NCBI RefSeq assembly: GCF_037902255.1
Contig: NZ_CP147990.1
Location: forward strand, 240,001-272,000
From: Candidatus Electrothrix sp. GW3-4
Lineage (GTDB): Bacteria; Desulfobacterota; Desulfobulbia; Desulfobulbales; Desulfobulbaceae
Length of the DNA stretch: 32,000 bases
Direction: 5' to 3'
A model generated the notes under the pieces. That model saw only the letters and a program-made list of their open reading frames with translations. It was not told the origin of the DNA and did no database searches. The position numbers and the translations under genes are program-made. Positions 1 through 9,100 of this stretch are shown one piece after another (within the stretch, counting starts at the first letter, position 1; each line of letters starts with the position of its first letter).

Positions 1-341
1 CAGGTAAACGCCTGGCCAAAACTGTTGAAGCAGGACCAGTTGACAAGGTCGGATGCAACATCATAGCCTGCCATTACCCCTTCATTATAAGTGAGTTCCT
101 CTGATGTGAGTTTAGATGTACATTGCAGTCCCCAGCCTCCTGCAACTATACGGCAATACTGGTACCCTTCTCCCGTTATAGTCGGTTCTCCGACGTTTGT
201 CAGGCTGGCTTCTCCGACCCAAATCCCTTTAAATTTGTAGAGATCGGTTATAGTTTCCGGTATGTCTTGAGAAGAGGCGAGACTACCTGTACAAAACAAA
301 AACACGCAGGCAAGTATTGGCAAGAACATTCGTTTACTCAT
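1..341 (-). CDS. secreted hypothetical protein (partial; C-terminus lies beyond the window start)
   Basis: Not in the ORF track because it runs off the edge. The reverse complement from ATG at 341 reads MSKRMFLPILACVFLFCTGSLASSQDIPETITDLYKFKGIWVGEASLTNVGEP..., open to position 1. It has a hydrophobic signal peptide with an SLA/SS cleavage-like site and a GGAGGA RBS about 7 nt upstream (349-354 on the plus strand). Confidence 0.55.
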   Translation of the reverse strand, partial: MSKRMFLPILACVFLFCTGSLASSQDIPETITDLYKFKGIWVGEASLTNVGEPTITGEGYQYCRIVAGGWGLQCTSKLTSEELTYNEGVMAGYDVASDLVNWSCFNSFGQAFT

Positions 342-415
342 TTTTTCTCCTCCATTTTGAATTCAGTGAGTTTCACGCTATATTCAGCAGTGTGATTCCT
401 TTTTTCTGCTTCTTC

Positions 416-874
416 TCATCCGTTTCCGGTGCCGTTGCTCGGTTTATCCCGTTTCGGGCCGGGTCGGAAGGCTTTGAGGAAGTCAAAAAGATACTGGGCC
501 TGGCTACGAATTTCGGGATAGGCGTTTTTAAATTCCCGGATGCGCCGGGAGGATTTGTACAGCCCTTCCATACAGCGGGAGGTGGCTTGCAGGCGTTGGT
601 GATAGACTGACTGTTGCAGCTCGTCCAGGAGGTATTCAATGGGTTCAAGACGCTTGACCTCGGCCAGGCCCTGATTAAGGTCGGCCATGACCTCCGGGCT
701 CAGGCGCAGGGTTTCGTTATGCCCCAGCACCAGGCTGGCGGTATCGTCCACCATTGCCTGATAGCCGGGCAGGGCCTTGTGCAGTGCTTGCACGTCTGAT
801 GGATCAAGGGGAGGCGTCAAGTTCACGTCCAGTAATTCCGCAACCTGTTCGATGGTGACACGTTCTTCTGGCAT
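416..874 (-). CDS. hypothetical protein (152 aa, helical, no recognisable domain)
   Basis: Clean ORF with ATG at 874 preceded by a GGGAGGA RBS. Amino-acid composition looks normal. The competing plus-strand ORFs are low-complexity shadows. Same strand as, and 75 bp upstream of, the secreted protein gene. Confidence 0.6.
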   Translation of the reverse strand: MPEERVTIEQVAELLDVNLTPPLDPSDVQALHKALPGYQAMVDDTASLVLGHNETLRLSPEVMADLNQGLAEVKRLEPIEYLLDELQQSVYHQRLQATSRCMEGLYKSSRRIREFKNAYPEIRSQAQYLFDFLKAFRPGPKRDKPSNGTGNG

Positions 875-1067
875 TGCAAAGTCCTCCCTATAAGGATTTT
901 ATGGATTTGTAATTACGTTAAAACGTTGGTTTTTTGTTGTCAAGGGAAAAAAGGGTGGGGCTGGGTGGAGCTAGGAATAGTCTGGGTCAAGGCAGGCGGA
1001 TTCTGAGTTAAAGGCAGGAGCGGTCTGGGTAAAAACAGAACATTTTTCTGCTAACCTTGATGAAATG

Positions 1068-1817
1068 CTAATCTTTGTTGTCTTTATCTTCTGTTAAAAG
1101 CGTCTTGATTTGATCTGCAATAGGGGTGAAATTATAAATTTCTTCTTTCTCGTTAGTTTCTACTTTTCTTAAAAGATTAAGAGATAAAAGCCGATTGATT
1201 TTATCTTTCATTTTTTCATCTCGATAGACATATAGTGAGCTTCTTGTTACGAGAGAGCAATAAGGTTCAGGTGCAGAGATTACTGTTGAAGCAGTAAGCA
1301 TGTGCCTTTTTCCATCACTACTTACTTTTGATGGGCTTGGTTTAGGCTGTTTTTCTTCAGTAAAAATTCTTATATCAGTAAATGTTTCTTCCTTATGTGT
1401 TCGTTCAACGATGAACTTAGCTTCTTTTGCTGAAATATCGCGAAGGGTTCTTGTTAAAACTTCAGCTTCATATTCTAATTCAGAAGCCGTTTCTGGCTTG
1501 AATGAGTTCCTAATAGCCCTTTTGAGATACTCAATTTTTTCTTCATCAACTGTACTCAGCATACAATTTATCGCATCTCCGATAATTTTATACTGAGCAT
1601 CAGTTAGTTCATTGATCCTCAATCCTTGTTTGTTGATAGATTCCTCTAGATCTTTGATAGCAGCCTCTATCCTTTTAACATGTCTCCCATGAGCAAGAGT
1701 GCCTGTCAATAAAGGAAGAAATGAAGCTATTCCTCCACTAAGTACACCTATTCCTGTTGTTACCAAGGTTGTCGATAAAGAACCAGCAACTGATTCTATT
1801 TTACTTTTTTCTTCCAT
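1068..1817 (-). CDS. hypothetical protein, AT-rich orphan gene (N-terminal Gly-rich hydrophobic helix plus helical body; possibly Abi-alpha/DUF4393-like, unverified)
   Basis: The ORF track gives 1068-1832, using a TTG start. The first ATG is at 1817 (MEEKSKIESVAG...). K/E/I-rich composition matches the AT-rich DNA. A hydrophobic segment GSLSTTLVTTGIGVLSGGIASFLPLLTGTL is followed by amphipathic helices. The gene starts 20-35 bp after the methyltransferase stop. Confidence 0.6.
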   Translation of the reverse strand: MEEKSKIESVAGSLSTTLVTTGIGVLSGGIASFLPLLTGTLAHGRHVKRIEAAIKDLEESINKQGLRINELTDAQYKIIGDAINCMLSTVDEEKIEYLKRAIRNSFKPETASELEYEAEVLTRTLRDISAKEAKFIVERTHKEETFTDIRIFTEEKQPKPSPSKVSSDGKRHMLTASTVISAPEPYCSLVTRSSLYVYRDEKMKDKINRLLSLNLLRKVETNEKEEIYNFTPIADQIKTLLTEDKDNKD

Positions 1818-1852
1818 CTCTTTTTTTCTCAATTCTCCCCTACGCTTTTATG

Positions 1853-2518
1853 TTAAAGCGTCTTCCGATATTTTAAAATCAAACAGGTAGGATAGATCAT
1901 CCCTGAAATAACCTGCTCGGTAGCCGGAAAATCCGTTTTTTCTTCCAGCAGCTCCAGCCGGGCAGCCTGTAGTACCGTCGGATCAAGGTACTCCATCATC
2001 GTATGGCCCGGTTCCTTTAATTTAATAGAACGATCATAGAGATATGTGGTCACCTCTCTTTTTGCATAATAATCAGAATTGCCGTCATTTACATGACCTT
2101 CTAATAAATTCCTGAATGGATGCTCGACTAACACCAATATAATACCGCCGACTCGGGCGACCCGGATCATTTCCAAGAGCGCCTTTGCTACATCCTCGGC
2201 ATGTTGGAGAGCATAGAAACTGGTGACAATATCGAATCGGCTCGTTTCAAAAGAAATATTCTCCATAAGCCCCTGAACAAAGAGGCCGCTCTCTCTTTTT
2301 CGTGCCATAGCGAGCTGTTCCTCCGAGATATCTATTCCGCATACCTCCGCCCCTGCACAAGCATAGAAAGCAGCATCCCCACCAGACCCGCAGCCGACAT
2401 CAAGAAGTCTTTTTTCTTTCAGGTCGGGAAGAAAGCTATAAAAATACCGGCGGGTTTCTCCATCAAAGCGCTCTGATCCCTCTTTATATTCCTGAGCAAA
2501 GCAATCGTAATTATCCAT
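1853..2518 (-). CDS. class I SAM-dependent methyltransferase
   Basis: 221-aa ORF with motif I LLDVGCGSGGDA, an acidic post-I residue (GIDISEEQ), and a typical Methyltransf_11-like layout (DIVTSFYALQHAED). Confidence 0.85.
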   Translation of the reverse strand: MDNYDCFAQEYKEGSERFDGETRRYFYSFLPDLKEKRLLDVGCGSGGDAAFYACAGAEVCGIDISEEQLAMARKRESGLFVQGLMENISFETSRFDIVTSFYALQHAEDVAKALLEMIRVARVGGIILVLVEHPFRNLLEGHVNDGNSDYYAKREVTTYLYDRSIKLKEPGHTMMEYLDPTVLQAARLELLEEKTDFPATEQVISGMIYPTCLILKYRKTL

Positions 2519-2548
2519 CGTCTTCTTCTAAGGTTCTGCTTTCTCTGG

Positions 2549-2577
2549 CCGGAAAGAACTCAGTAGTTTCTTTCCGG
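2549..2577 (-). terminator. hairpin between the ABC-F stop and the methyltransferase start
   Basis: Perfect 10-bp inverted repeat CCGGAAAGAA (2549-2558) / TTCTTTCCGG (2568-2577) with a 9-nt loop, 12 bp downstream of the ABC-F stop. There is no clear U-tract, so it may be a terminator or an RNA-stability element. Confidence 0.35.
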
Positions 2578-2589
2578 TAATGAAGCCGC

Positions 2590-4569
2590 TTATTCTGATC
2601 CCTCAATCTCCTCAATCTTGCCCTGCGCTTCCTCCCAAACCCCGTACTGCCGCTTCAGCTTTTGCTCCACCTCGTTATACTCCTTGCTGACCTTGAGCCA
2701 GCGGGGCTGATCCGCATAGAGTTCAGAATCAGCCATCAAGACCTCCAGCTCCCCTTTGCGCTCCTCCAGGACCTCAATCTCTTTCTCCGCTGCCTTCGCC
2801 TTTTTCTTCCAGGGCTTGAGCTGTGAACTGAGCTGTTGCCGTCGTTGCGCCCGCAGGCGTCGCTCTTCCTTGCGATCAACCGAGCTGGAGGCATCTTGTT
2901 TGGCCTCCGCAGGGACCTTCTGTTGCTGCTTCTCCTGTTTTTTTACCGCAAGCTGTTCCTCGTCCAGTTGTTGGCGGGCTGCAAGGTAATCATCAATATT
3001 CCCTTCATGCAAAATCGCCCGACCATCCCGGATCTCCAGCACCTTATTGACAAAGGAATTGACAAAGGCCCGGTTATGGGAAACCACGATGATGCTGCCC
3101 TCGTACTGGGCCATGGCCTCCTGCAGCACCTCCTGGGAGGTAATGTCCAGGTGGTTGGTGGGCTCGTCCAACAGCATGAGATTGGCAGGCTTGACCAGCA
3201 TCTTGGCCAGGGCCACCCGGCTCTTTTCCCCACCGGACAGCACCTGCACCTGCTTGTCCACCTCGTCGCCGGTAAAGAGAAAGGCCCCGAGCAGGGAGCG
3301 CACCTTGGTCACGGTCATGTCCTGGGCTGCATGGTACACCGTGTCCAGGATGCTGGACTCGCCGTAGAGTTCCTGGGCCTGATGCTGGCCAAAATAGGTA
3401 AGGATAACGTTATGCCCCAGACTGATCTCGCCGTCAGCCGCTTCCAGCCCGGCCATAATCTTGAGCAGGGTGGTTTTACCGGCCCCATTGACCCCGACAA
3501 CCCCCAGCTTATCGCCCCGTTGCAGGTTGAGCTGGACATCTTTAAAGACCTGCTTGCCATCAAAGGACTTATTTACTTTCTCCAGGTTGAGGATATCCCG
3601 GCCCGAAGGCATGGCTGGCGGAAAGGAAAAGTGGATGGTGCGCTCGGTTTCAGAGAGCTCCAGGCGTTCCAGCTTTTCCAACTGCTTGACCCGGCTCTGG
3701 ACCTGCTTGGCCTTGGTGGACTTGGCCCGGAAACGGGTAATGAACTGCTCTGCCTGCTTGATCATGGCCTGCTGATTCTCATAGGCAGCCCGCTCCAGCT
3801 CCATGCGCTGTTCCTTATCCACCAGGTATTTGGAGTAATTGCCCTTATAGGCGGTCAAGCGGCCCAGGCTGAGCTCCCAGGTCTTGGTGGTGACCCGATC
3901 AAGAAAAGAACGGTCATGGGAGATAATCATCATGGCCCCTTGGTATTGCTGGAGGAACTCTTCCAGCCAGGTCAGGGAGTCCAGGTCCAGATGGTTGGTG
4001 GGCTCATCCAGGAGGAGCAGGGCCGGTCTGCGCAGGAGCAGCTTGGCCAGGAGCAGGCGCATGATCCAGCCCCCAGAGAACTCGGCTACGGGCCGGTCCA
4101 GGTCTTCCTGAGAAAAACCCAGGCCAAAGAGGATGCGCTCGATCTGGGGACGGATGCGGAAGATATCATGACCCTCCAGCAGGTGCTGGAGCTCGCCCTG
4201 TCGTTCCAGCAGGGCGTCCAGCTCCGGGCTGTCTTGGTCCAGCTTGGCCATGCGCTGGTTGATCTCATCAAACTCCTGCTGCTGCTGCAAGGCCTCATCA
4301 AAGGCATGTTCTGCCTCTGCAAAGAGGGAGCGTTGGCCCAGCTCAATGGAGATCTCCTGAGGCAAATAGGCCACGGTGAACCAGGAGGCCCTGCTGATCA
4401 CCCCTGGATCAGTCTCCAAGGCCCCGCTGATGATCTTCATCAGGGTGGATTTACCAGTACCGTTGACCCCTGCCAGCCCGATGCGGTCATCGGCATGGAT
4501 CTGGGAGGAGACTTCACGAAAGAGATGCTTGGAGCCGTATTGCAGGCTGAGATTGTTTATGGTGAGCAT
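2590..4569 (-). CDS. ABC-F family ATPase (two ABC domains plus C-terminal coiled-coil; Uup/YheS-like)
   Basis: 659 aa. Walker A motifs GVNGTGKST and GVNGAGKTT, signatures FSGGW and LSGGEKSRV, Walker B motifs LLLLDEPTNHLD and LMLLDEPTNHLD. No transmembrane domain. The K/E/Q-rich C-terminal tail is typical of ABC-F. Confidence 0.95.
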   Translation of the reverse strand: MLTINNLSLQYGSKHLFREVSSQIHADDRIGLAGVNGTGKSTLMKIISGALETDPGVISRASWFTVAYLPQEISIELGQRSLFAEAEHAFDEALQQQQEFDEINQRMAKLDQDSPELDALLERQGELQHLLEGHDIFRIRPQIERILFGLGFSQEDLDRPVAEFSGGWIMRLLLAKLLLRRPALLLLDEPTNHLDLDSLTWLEEFLQQYQGAMMIISHDRSFLDRVTTKTWELSLGRLTAYKGNYSKYLVDKEQRMELERAAYENQQAMIKQAEQFITRFRAKSTKAKQVQSRVKQLEKLERLELSETERTIHFSFPPAMPSGRDILNLEKVNKSFDGKQVFKDVQLNLQRGDKLGVVGVNGAGKTTLLKIMAGLEAADGEISLGHNVILTYFGQHQAQELYGESSILDTVYHAAQDMTVTKVRSLLGAFLFTGDEVDKQVQVLSGGEKSRVALAKMLVKPANLMLLDEPTNHLDITSQEVLQEAMAQYEGSIIVVSHNRAFVNSFVNKVLEIRDGRAILHEGNIDDYLAARQQLDEEQLAVKKQEKQQQKVPAEAKQDASSSVDRKEERRLRAQRRQQLSSQLKPWKKKAKAAEKEIEVLEERKGELEVLMADSELYADQPRWLKVSKEYNEVEQKLKRQYGVWEEAQGKIEEIEGSE

Positions 4570-4821
4570 AAATTGATTTGATTATAGGGAATAGGGCAGT
4601 ATTTGTTCCTGTCTTGTTGGCAAAAGGAAACATTATACCCCCTTTGTCAGGAATTGCAGCATTGCTTTCCAGGAACTATCCTGTGCGATTGTTCAGGATA
4701 ACCTGGAAAATTGGGGCTTGAGTCTCTGCCAAGCCGGGAGATGGGCAGGGGGCTTGCGCGAACAAGGAGGATTCAGCAAGGCAATGGCCAGCACGAATTC
4801 TCCCGCCTCTGCAAAGAGTTA

Positions 4822-4851
4822 TTGCAGAATTGACAGGCTCTGTTTTACAAT
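4822..4851 (+). promoter_or_regulatory. candidate sigma70-type promoter for the TMEM43-like gene
   Basis: TTGCAG (4822-4827), 18-nt spacer, TACAAT (4846-4851), about 48 nt upstream of the ATG at 4899. A strong RBS GGAAGGAGG lies at 4881-4889. Pattern match only. Confidence 0.25.
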
Positions 4852-4898
4852 GGGGCATTATTTGCTCACCCATTACTCTCAGGAAGGAGGAAAATACC

Positions 4899-5114
4899 AT
4901 GTCAGACGACAGCTACACGGAAGTGACGAACCAGTCCTGGTTCAGCCGGATCGGCGGGGCCATCAAGGGGATCATCTTTGGCTTTATCCTGTTCATTATT
5001 GCCTTTCCTCTCCTGTTCTGGAACGAAGGCAGGGCTGTAAAGACCTATAAGACCTTGAAGGAAGGGGGGGGCCGTGATCAGTGTAGCCTCAGATCAGGTC
5101 AACCCGGCCAATGA
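4899..5114 (+). CDS. TMEM43/DUF1625 family membrane protein, N-terminal fragment (frame broken at poly-G 5064-5071)
   Basis: MSDDSYTEVTNQSWFSRIGGAIKGIIFGFILFIIAFPLLFWNEGRAVKTYKTLKEGG matches the conserved family N-terminus (SWFSR...TM...FWNEGRAV). After the G8 run the frame reads junk (RDQCSLRSGQPGQ*). Confidence 0.75.
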   Translation: MSDDSYTEVTNQSWFSRIGGAIKGIIFGFILFIIAFPLLFWNEGRAVKTYKTLKEGGGRDQCSLRSGQPGQ

Positions 5115-6111
5115 GGGCAAGCTGATCCACCTCAGTGATAAGGCCTTTACTGAGGAGACCTTGACCGACCCGGTCTTTGGGGTCTCGGATACGGCCCTGC
5201 GGCTGCGGCGCAAGGTGGAGATGTATCAGTGGCAGGAAAGTTCGAAGAGTGAGACCCAAAAAAAGCTCGGCGGCGGCACGGAGACCGTGACCACCTACTC
5301 GTACAGCAAGGAGTGGGCTGACAGCGTTATTCGGTCTTCCAGTTTCAAGAAGCCTGGAGGACACGAGAACCCCGGCTCCATGCCCTATAGCTCAGAGGAG
5401 CAGACCGCAAAGCAGGTCACCCTGGGCGCCTTTCAGCTCTCGACCTCCCAGGTCCAGCGGATCAACCAGTTTGAGCCCCTTGCTGTCAATGGCGATACGG
5501 CCTTGGCGGAGAACCTGGATGAGAGGATGACGCGGCAGACGCATGGTTTCTACCTGGGTGCAGACCCTGGTTCGCCCCAGGTCGGCGATGTCCGGATTCA
5601 GTTCGAGTCAGTTAAGCCCACTGAGGTGAGTATGGTTGCCCAACAGAGCGGCAGCAGGCTTGAGCCGTATCATGCCCAGGCCGGGGGGAATATTGAACTC
5701 CTGCAGATCGGTATGCACTCGGCAGAGGCCATGTTTCAGAAGGCCCAGACCGATAATAAGATCCTGACCTGGATCCTGCGGGCTGTGGGTTTTTTCCTGA
5801 TGATGATCGGCCTTAACATGATCTTTAAGCTCTTTTCGGTCTTGGCCGATGTCCTGCCCTTTCTGGGTAACATCGTTGAGGCAGGCACCGGCTTTATTGC
5901 CTTTCTCCTGGCAGCGGTCCTGTCCCTGATCACCATCGCCATAGCCTGGATCGTCTTCCGGCCCCTGCTGGGGATTATCCTCTTGGCCGTGGCTGTTGGC
6001 CTGATCGTCCTGATCGGTGGCAAGATGAAGGCGGCCAAGGCAAGTAAGACCAATCAGGCTGGTGCGGCAGGTGGAGCTGGGGCCGTGCCTCCTCCGCCAC
6101 CTTCAGCATAA
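5074..6111 (+). CDS. TMEM43/DUF1625 family membrane protein, main body (continues the 4899 ORF after a +1 shift)
   Basis: Contains NEGKLIHLS and LRLRRKVEMYQWQE, hallmarks of the family, followed by 4 C-terminal TM helices. Removing one G from 5064-5071 fuses it in frame to the upstream fragment (..KEGGAVISVASDQ..). Confidence 0.85.
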   Translation: MISVASDQVNPANEGKLIHLSDKAFTEETLTDPVFGVSDTALRLRRKVEMYQWQESSKSETQKKLGGGTETVTTYSYSKEWADSVIRSSSFKKPGGHENPGSMPYSSEEQTAKQVTLGAFQLSTSQVQRINQFEPLAVNGDTALAENLDERMTRQTHGFYLGADPGSPQVGDVRIQFESVKPTEVSMVAQQSGSRLEPYHAQAGGNIELLQIGMHSAEAMFQKAQTDNKILTWILRAVGFFLMMIGLNMIFKLFSVLADVLPFLGNIVEAGTGFIAFLLAAVLSLITIAIAWIVFRPLLGIILLAVAVGLIVLIGGKMKAAKASKTNQAGAAGGAGAVPPPPPSA

Positions 6112-6127
6112 GGAACTCTCCTCTCCG

Positions 6128-6155
6128 CTTGACGGGAGAATTATCTCCCGTCAAG
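6128..6155. terminator. strong hairpin shared by convergent genes (TMEM43-like on plus, RND permease on minus)
   Basis: Perfect 12-bp stem CTTGACGGGAGA (6128-6139), loop ATTA, then TCTCCCGTCAAG (6144-6155). It overlaps the RND stop codon (6141-6143). No U-tract on either side. Confidence 0.5.
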
Positions 6156-9100
6156 GTGGTGGATCCTCTCTTTTTCCCCTGCCAACACCCTGTACAGCTT
6201 TATCCTCTGCTGGGTAACCTCCTCTCTTCCCGCAACAAAGATCTCCTTACTCCGTTCGATGAGAAAATAGAGCACCGGCACCACCACCAAGGTGAGGAAG
6301 GTGGCCACTAACAGACCAAAGATAACGACGATAGCCATGGACTGCCACCACTGGCTGGACTCGCTGACCCAGGAGATGTGCAGGTTACGGAAGTCGTAAG
6401 ACACCCCGGTAACCATGGGGATCAGGCCCAGAACCGTGGTGATGGCCGTGAGCAGGACCGGGCGCAGACGGGTGGCCCCGGCCGAGATCACGGCCTCCAA
6501 CAGGGCAAGGCCGCTTGCCCGCAGCTTATTGGTATAGTCGATGAGGACGATGGCGTTGTTCACCACCACCCCGGCCAGGGAGATGACCCCGATGCCGGTC
6601 ATGATGATGCCAAAGGGTTGGCGGTAGAGCATCAGGCCGAAAAAGGCCCCGCCCATGGACAGGATTACCGAGCTCATGATGATAAAGGGCTGGCTCACCG
6701 AGTTGAACTGGGTGACCAGGATCAGGAAGATGAAGAACAGGGCAATGACAAAGGCCCGGCTGAGGAAGGCCTGGGACTCCTGCTGTTCCTGGTTCTCGCC
6801 AGTAAAGCGGACCGTGTAGCCCGGCGGCAGGTGCATCTGGGCCAGCAGCTTCTCGGCCTGCTCACGGACCACAGGACCGGGGATCTTGGTCTCGTCCACA
6901 TTGGCCTTGACTGTGACGGTGCGCAGGTTGTTGATCCGATTAATGTTGCCCAGAGAACCGGTATAATCCACAGTGGCCAGGGTGGACAGGGGGACAATGA
7001 CCCCAGTTGGGGTCGGGATCATGAACTCGCGCAGCACATTATCGACCTGGCGGTCCTTCTCTGGCAACTGGACAGTGATGTCATAGTCCTCATTGCCCTC
7101 CCGGAAGGAGGAGATGGCCAGCCCATTATAGGAGGTCTTGATGGCCGAGCCGATGGCGCTGGTATTGAGCCCGAACAGGGCGGCCTTCTGGCGGTCGATC
7201 CTGATCCTGATCGACGGCATGCCCTCGACATAATTATCCTGGATATCTTCGACATGGGGGATCTTCTCCAGGGCGGCCCTGATCTCTTTGGCAAGTGAAC
7301 CAAGCACAGTAAAGTTATCACCGCTGAGCTCGATATTGATCGGTGCGCCTGTGGGCGGGCCTTCCGCCTCCATGGCCACCGTGATCTTGGCCCCGGCAAT
7401 GTCCTTGATCCGGGTGCGGATCTCCTCTACGGTCTCGTAGGAGGAGCGGGAGCGGTCTGTCAGGTCCAGGAAACGGACCCCCACATGGTTAGGGGTATTG
7501 GGTTCAAAGGCAGAGCCGCCGCCAGTGGAGGAGACGGCCCGGCTGTAGATGATCTTGACGTTGTTCAGATCGCTGGGGCTGGCAGACGATTCGCTGCTCC
7601 CTTTCCTGGTCCCGGTCACGGCCTCTTCAATCTGGCGGAGGATGCTGTCGATATAGTTCAGGTCGGCTCCTTCCGGCATGTCCGTATTAACATAGATCCC
7701 CTTGGGTTCAAGATCCGGGAAGAACTCCACCGGCTTTTCAATGCCCACCACCAGCAGCCAGCCCTGAAACATGAAGATCAGGAGAAAGACAGCAGCGGCA
7801 ATCAGGGCCAAGGGATGGTTGAGGCAGAACCTCAACAGGCCAGCATAGGGGCGCAGGAGCGGTCCCCGGATGACCACGGGTTGTTCGCCGCTGGCCTCCA
7901 CCTCGGCGGAGGAGACCGAGCCAACCTGTTTGGCGCTCTTCATAAACAGGGAGGCCAGGGCCGGATTAATCACCAGGGCCACAAAGAGGCTGGAGGAGAG
8001 GGTGATGATCAGGGTCAGGGGGAGATAGCCCATGAATTCGCCCATGATGCCGGGCCAGAAGAGCATGGGTGAAAACACGGCCAGGGTGGTCAGGGTGGAG
8101 CCGATCACCGGCATGGCCACCTCAGAGGTCGCCTTCATGGCCGCCTCTGTTCTGGGAACACCCTGCTCCATGAAGCGGTAGATGTTCTCGATGATGACGA
8201 TGGCATTATCCACCAGCATACCCAGGGCCAGGATCAGGCTGAACAGGACCACCATATTGAGGGTGATGCCCAGGGCCTGGAGGATCATGAAGGAGAGGAG
8301 CATGGAAAAGGGGATGGCCATGCTGACCAAGAGGGCATTGCGGATGCCCATGGCAAAGAAGATCACCACCACCACCAGGACCAGGCCAGAGAGGATATTA
8401 TTCTCCAGGTCGGCGACCAGGCTCTTGGTGTCTTTGGCCTTGTCCAGGACTTTGGTGATGGTGGTGCCGGTGGGCCAGCCCGGCTGCCTCTTGGCGAGGA
8501 TCTCCTCCACGGCATCGGCAATGGCGATAATATTCTCGCCGGAACGCTTCTTGACCACGATATTGACCGCAGGCAGGCCGTTGAGCCGGGAACGGCTGGT
8601 CTCCTCCTTAAAGCTGTCCAGGACCTGGGCGACATTGCGGGCATAGACCGGCTGACCGTCATGGGTCCCGATCACCAGGTCGTAGAGCTCTTCCGGGGTG
8701 GTGAACTCGCCAGGAATGCGGACCTGGAACTTGCCATCACCCATATGGAGGGCCCCGCCCGAGGTGTTGCTGTTCTCGCCCTGGACCGCAGCCTGAACCG
8801 CAGGGATACTCAGGCCGTAATAGGCCAGTTTTTCCGGATAGAATTCCACCCGGATCTCCCGCTCCCGGGCCCCGGTGATCTCCACGTCCAAGACGCCGGG
8901 CACGCCTTCGATCTCGTCTTCCAGGGTATCGGCAATCTCCTTGAGGCAGCGTTGGCCGCAGGTCCCGGCCAGGGAAAAGATCAGGATCGGCATCTCCGAG
9001 ATATTGACCTCAAAGACATAGGGGTCGTCTTCCAGATCCGTGGGCAGCTCACCCTTGGCCTCATCCACCTTGTCCTTGACCTTGCGCAGGGCGTCATCGA

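Noticed and set aside
953-1030. Mirror-type arrangement of short motifs (GTCTGGGT 980-987, AAGGCAGG 989-996, AAGGCAGG 1011-1018, GTCTGGGT 1023-1030) upstream of gene 416-874.
   Set aside because: These are 8-mers in a G-rich spacer with no palindromic symmetry and no link to a known binding site. They could arise by chance or a small local duplication.
2836-4581. 581-aa plus-strand ORF, the second-longest in this region.
   Set aside because: It lies exactly antisense to the ABC-F gene, whose Walker and signature motifs are unambiguous. Its product is L/G/H/Q-rich low complexity with no RBS or motifs, which marks it as a shadow ORF of GC-rich coding DNA.
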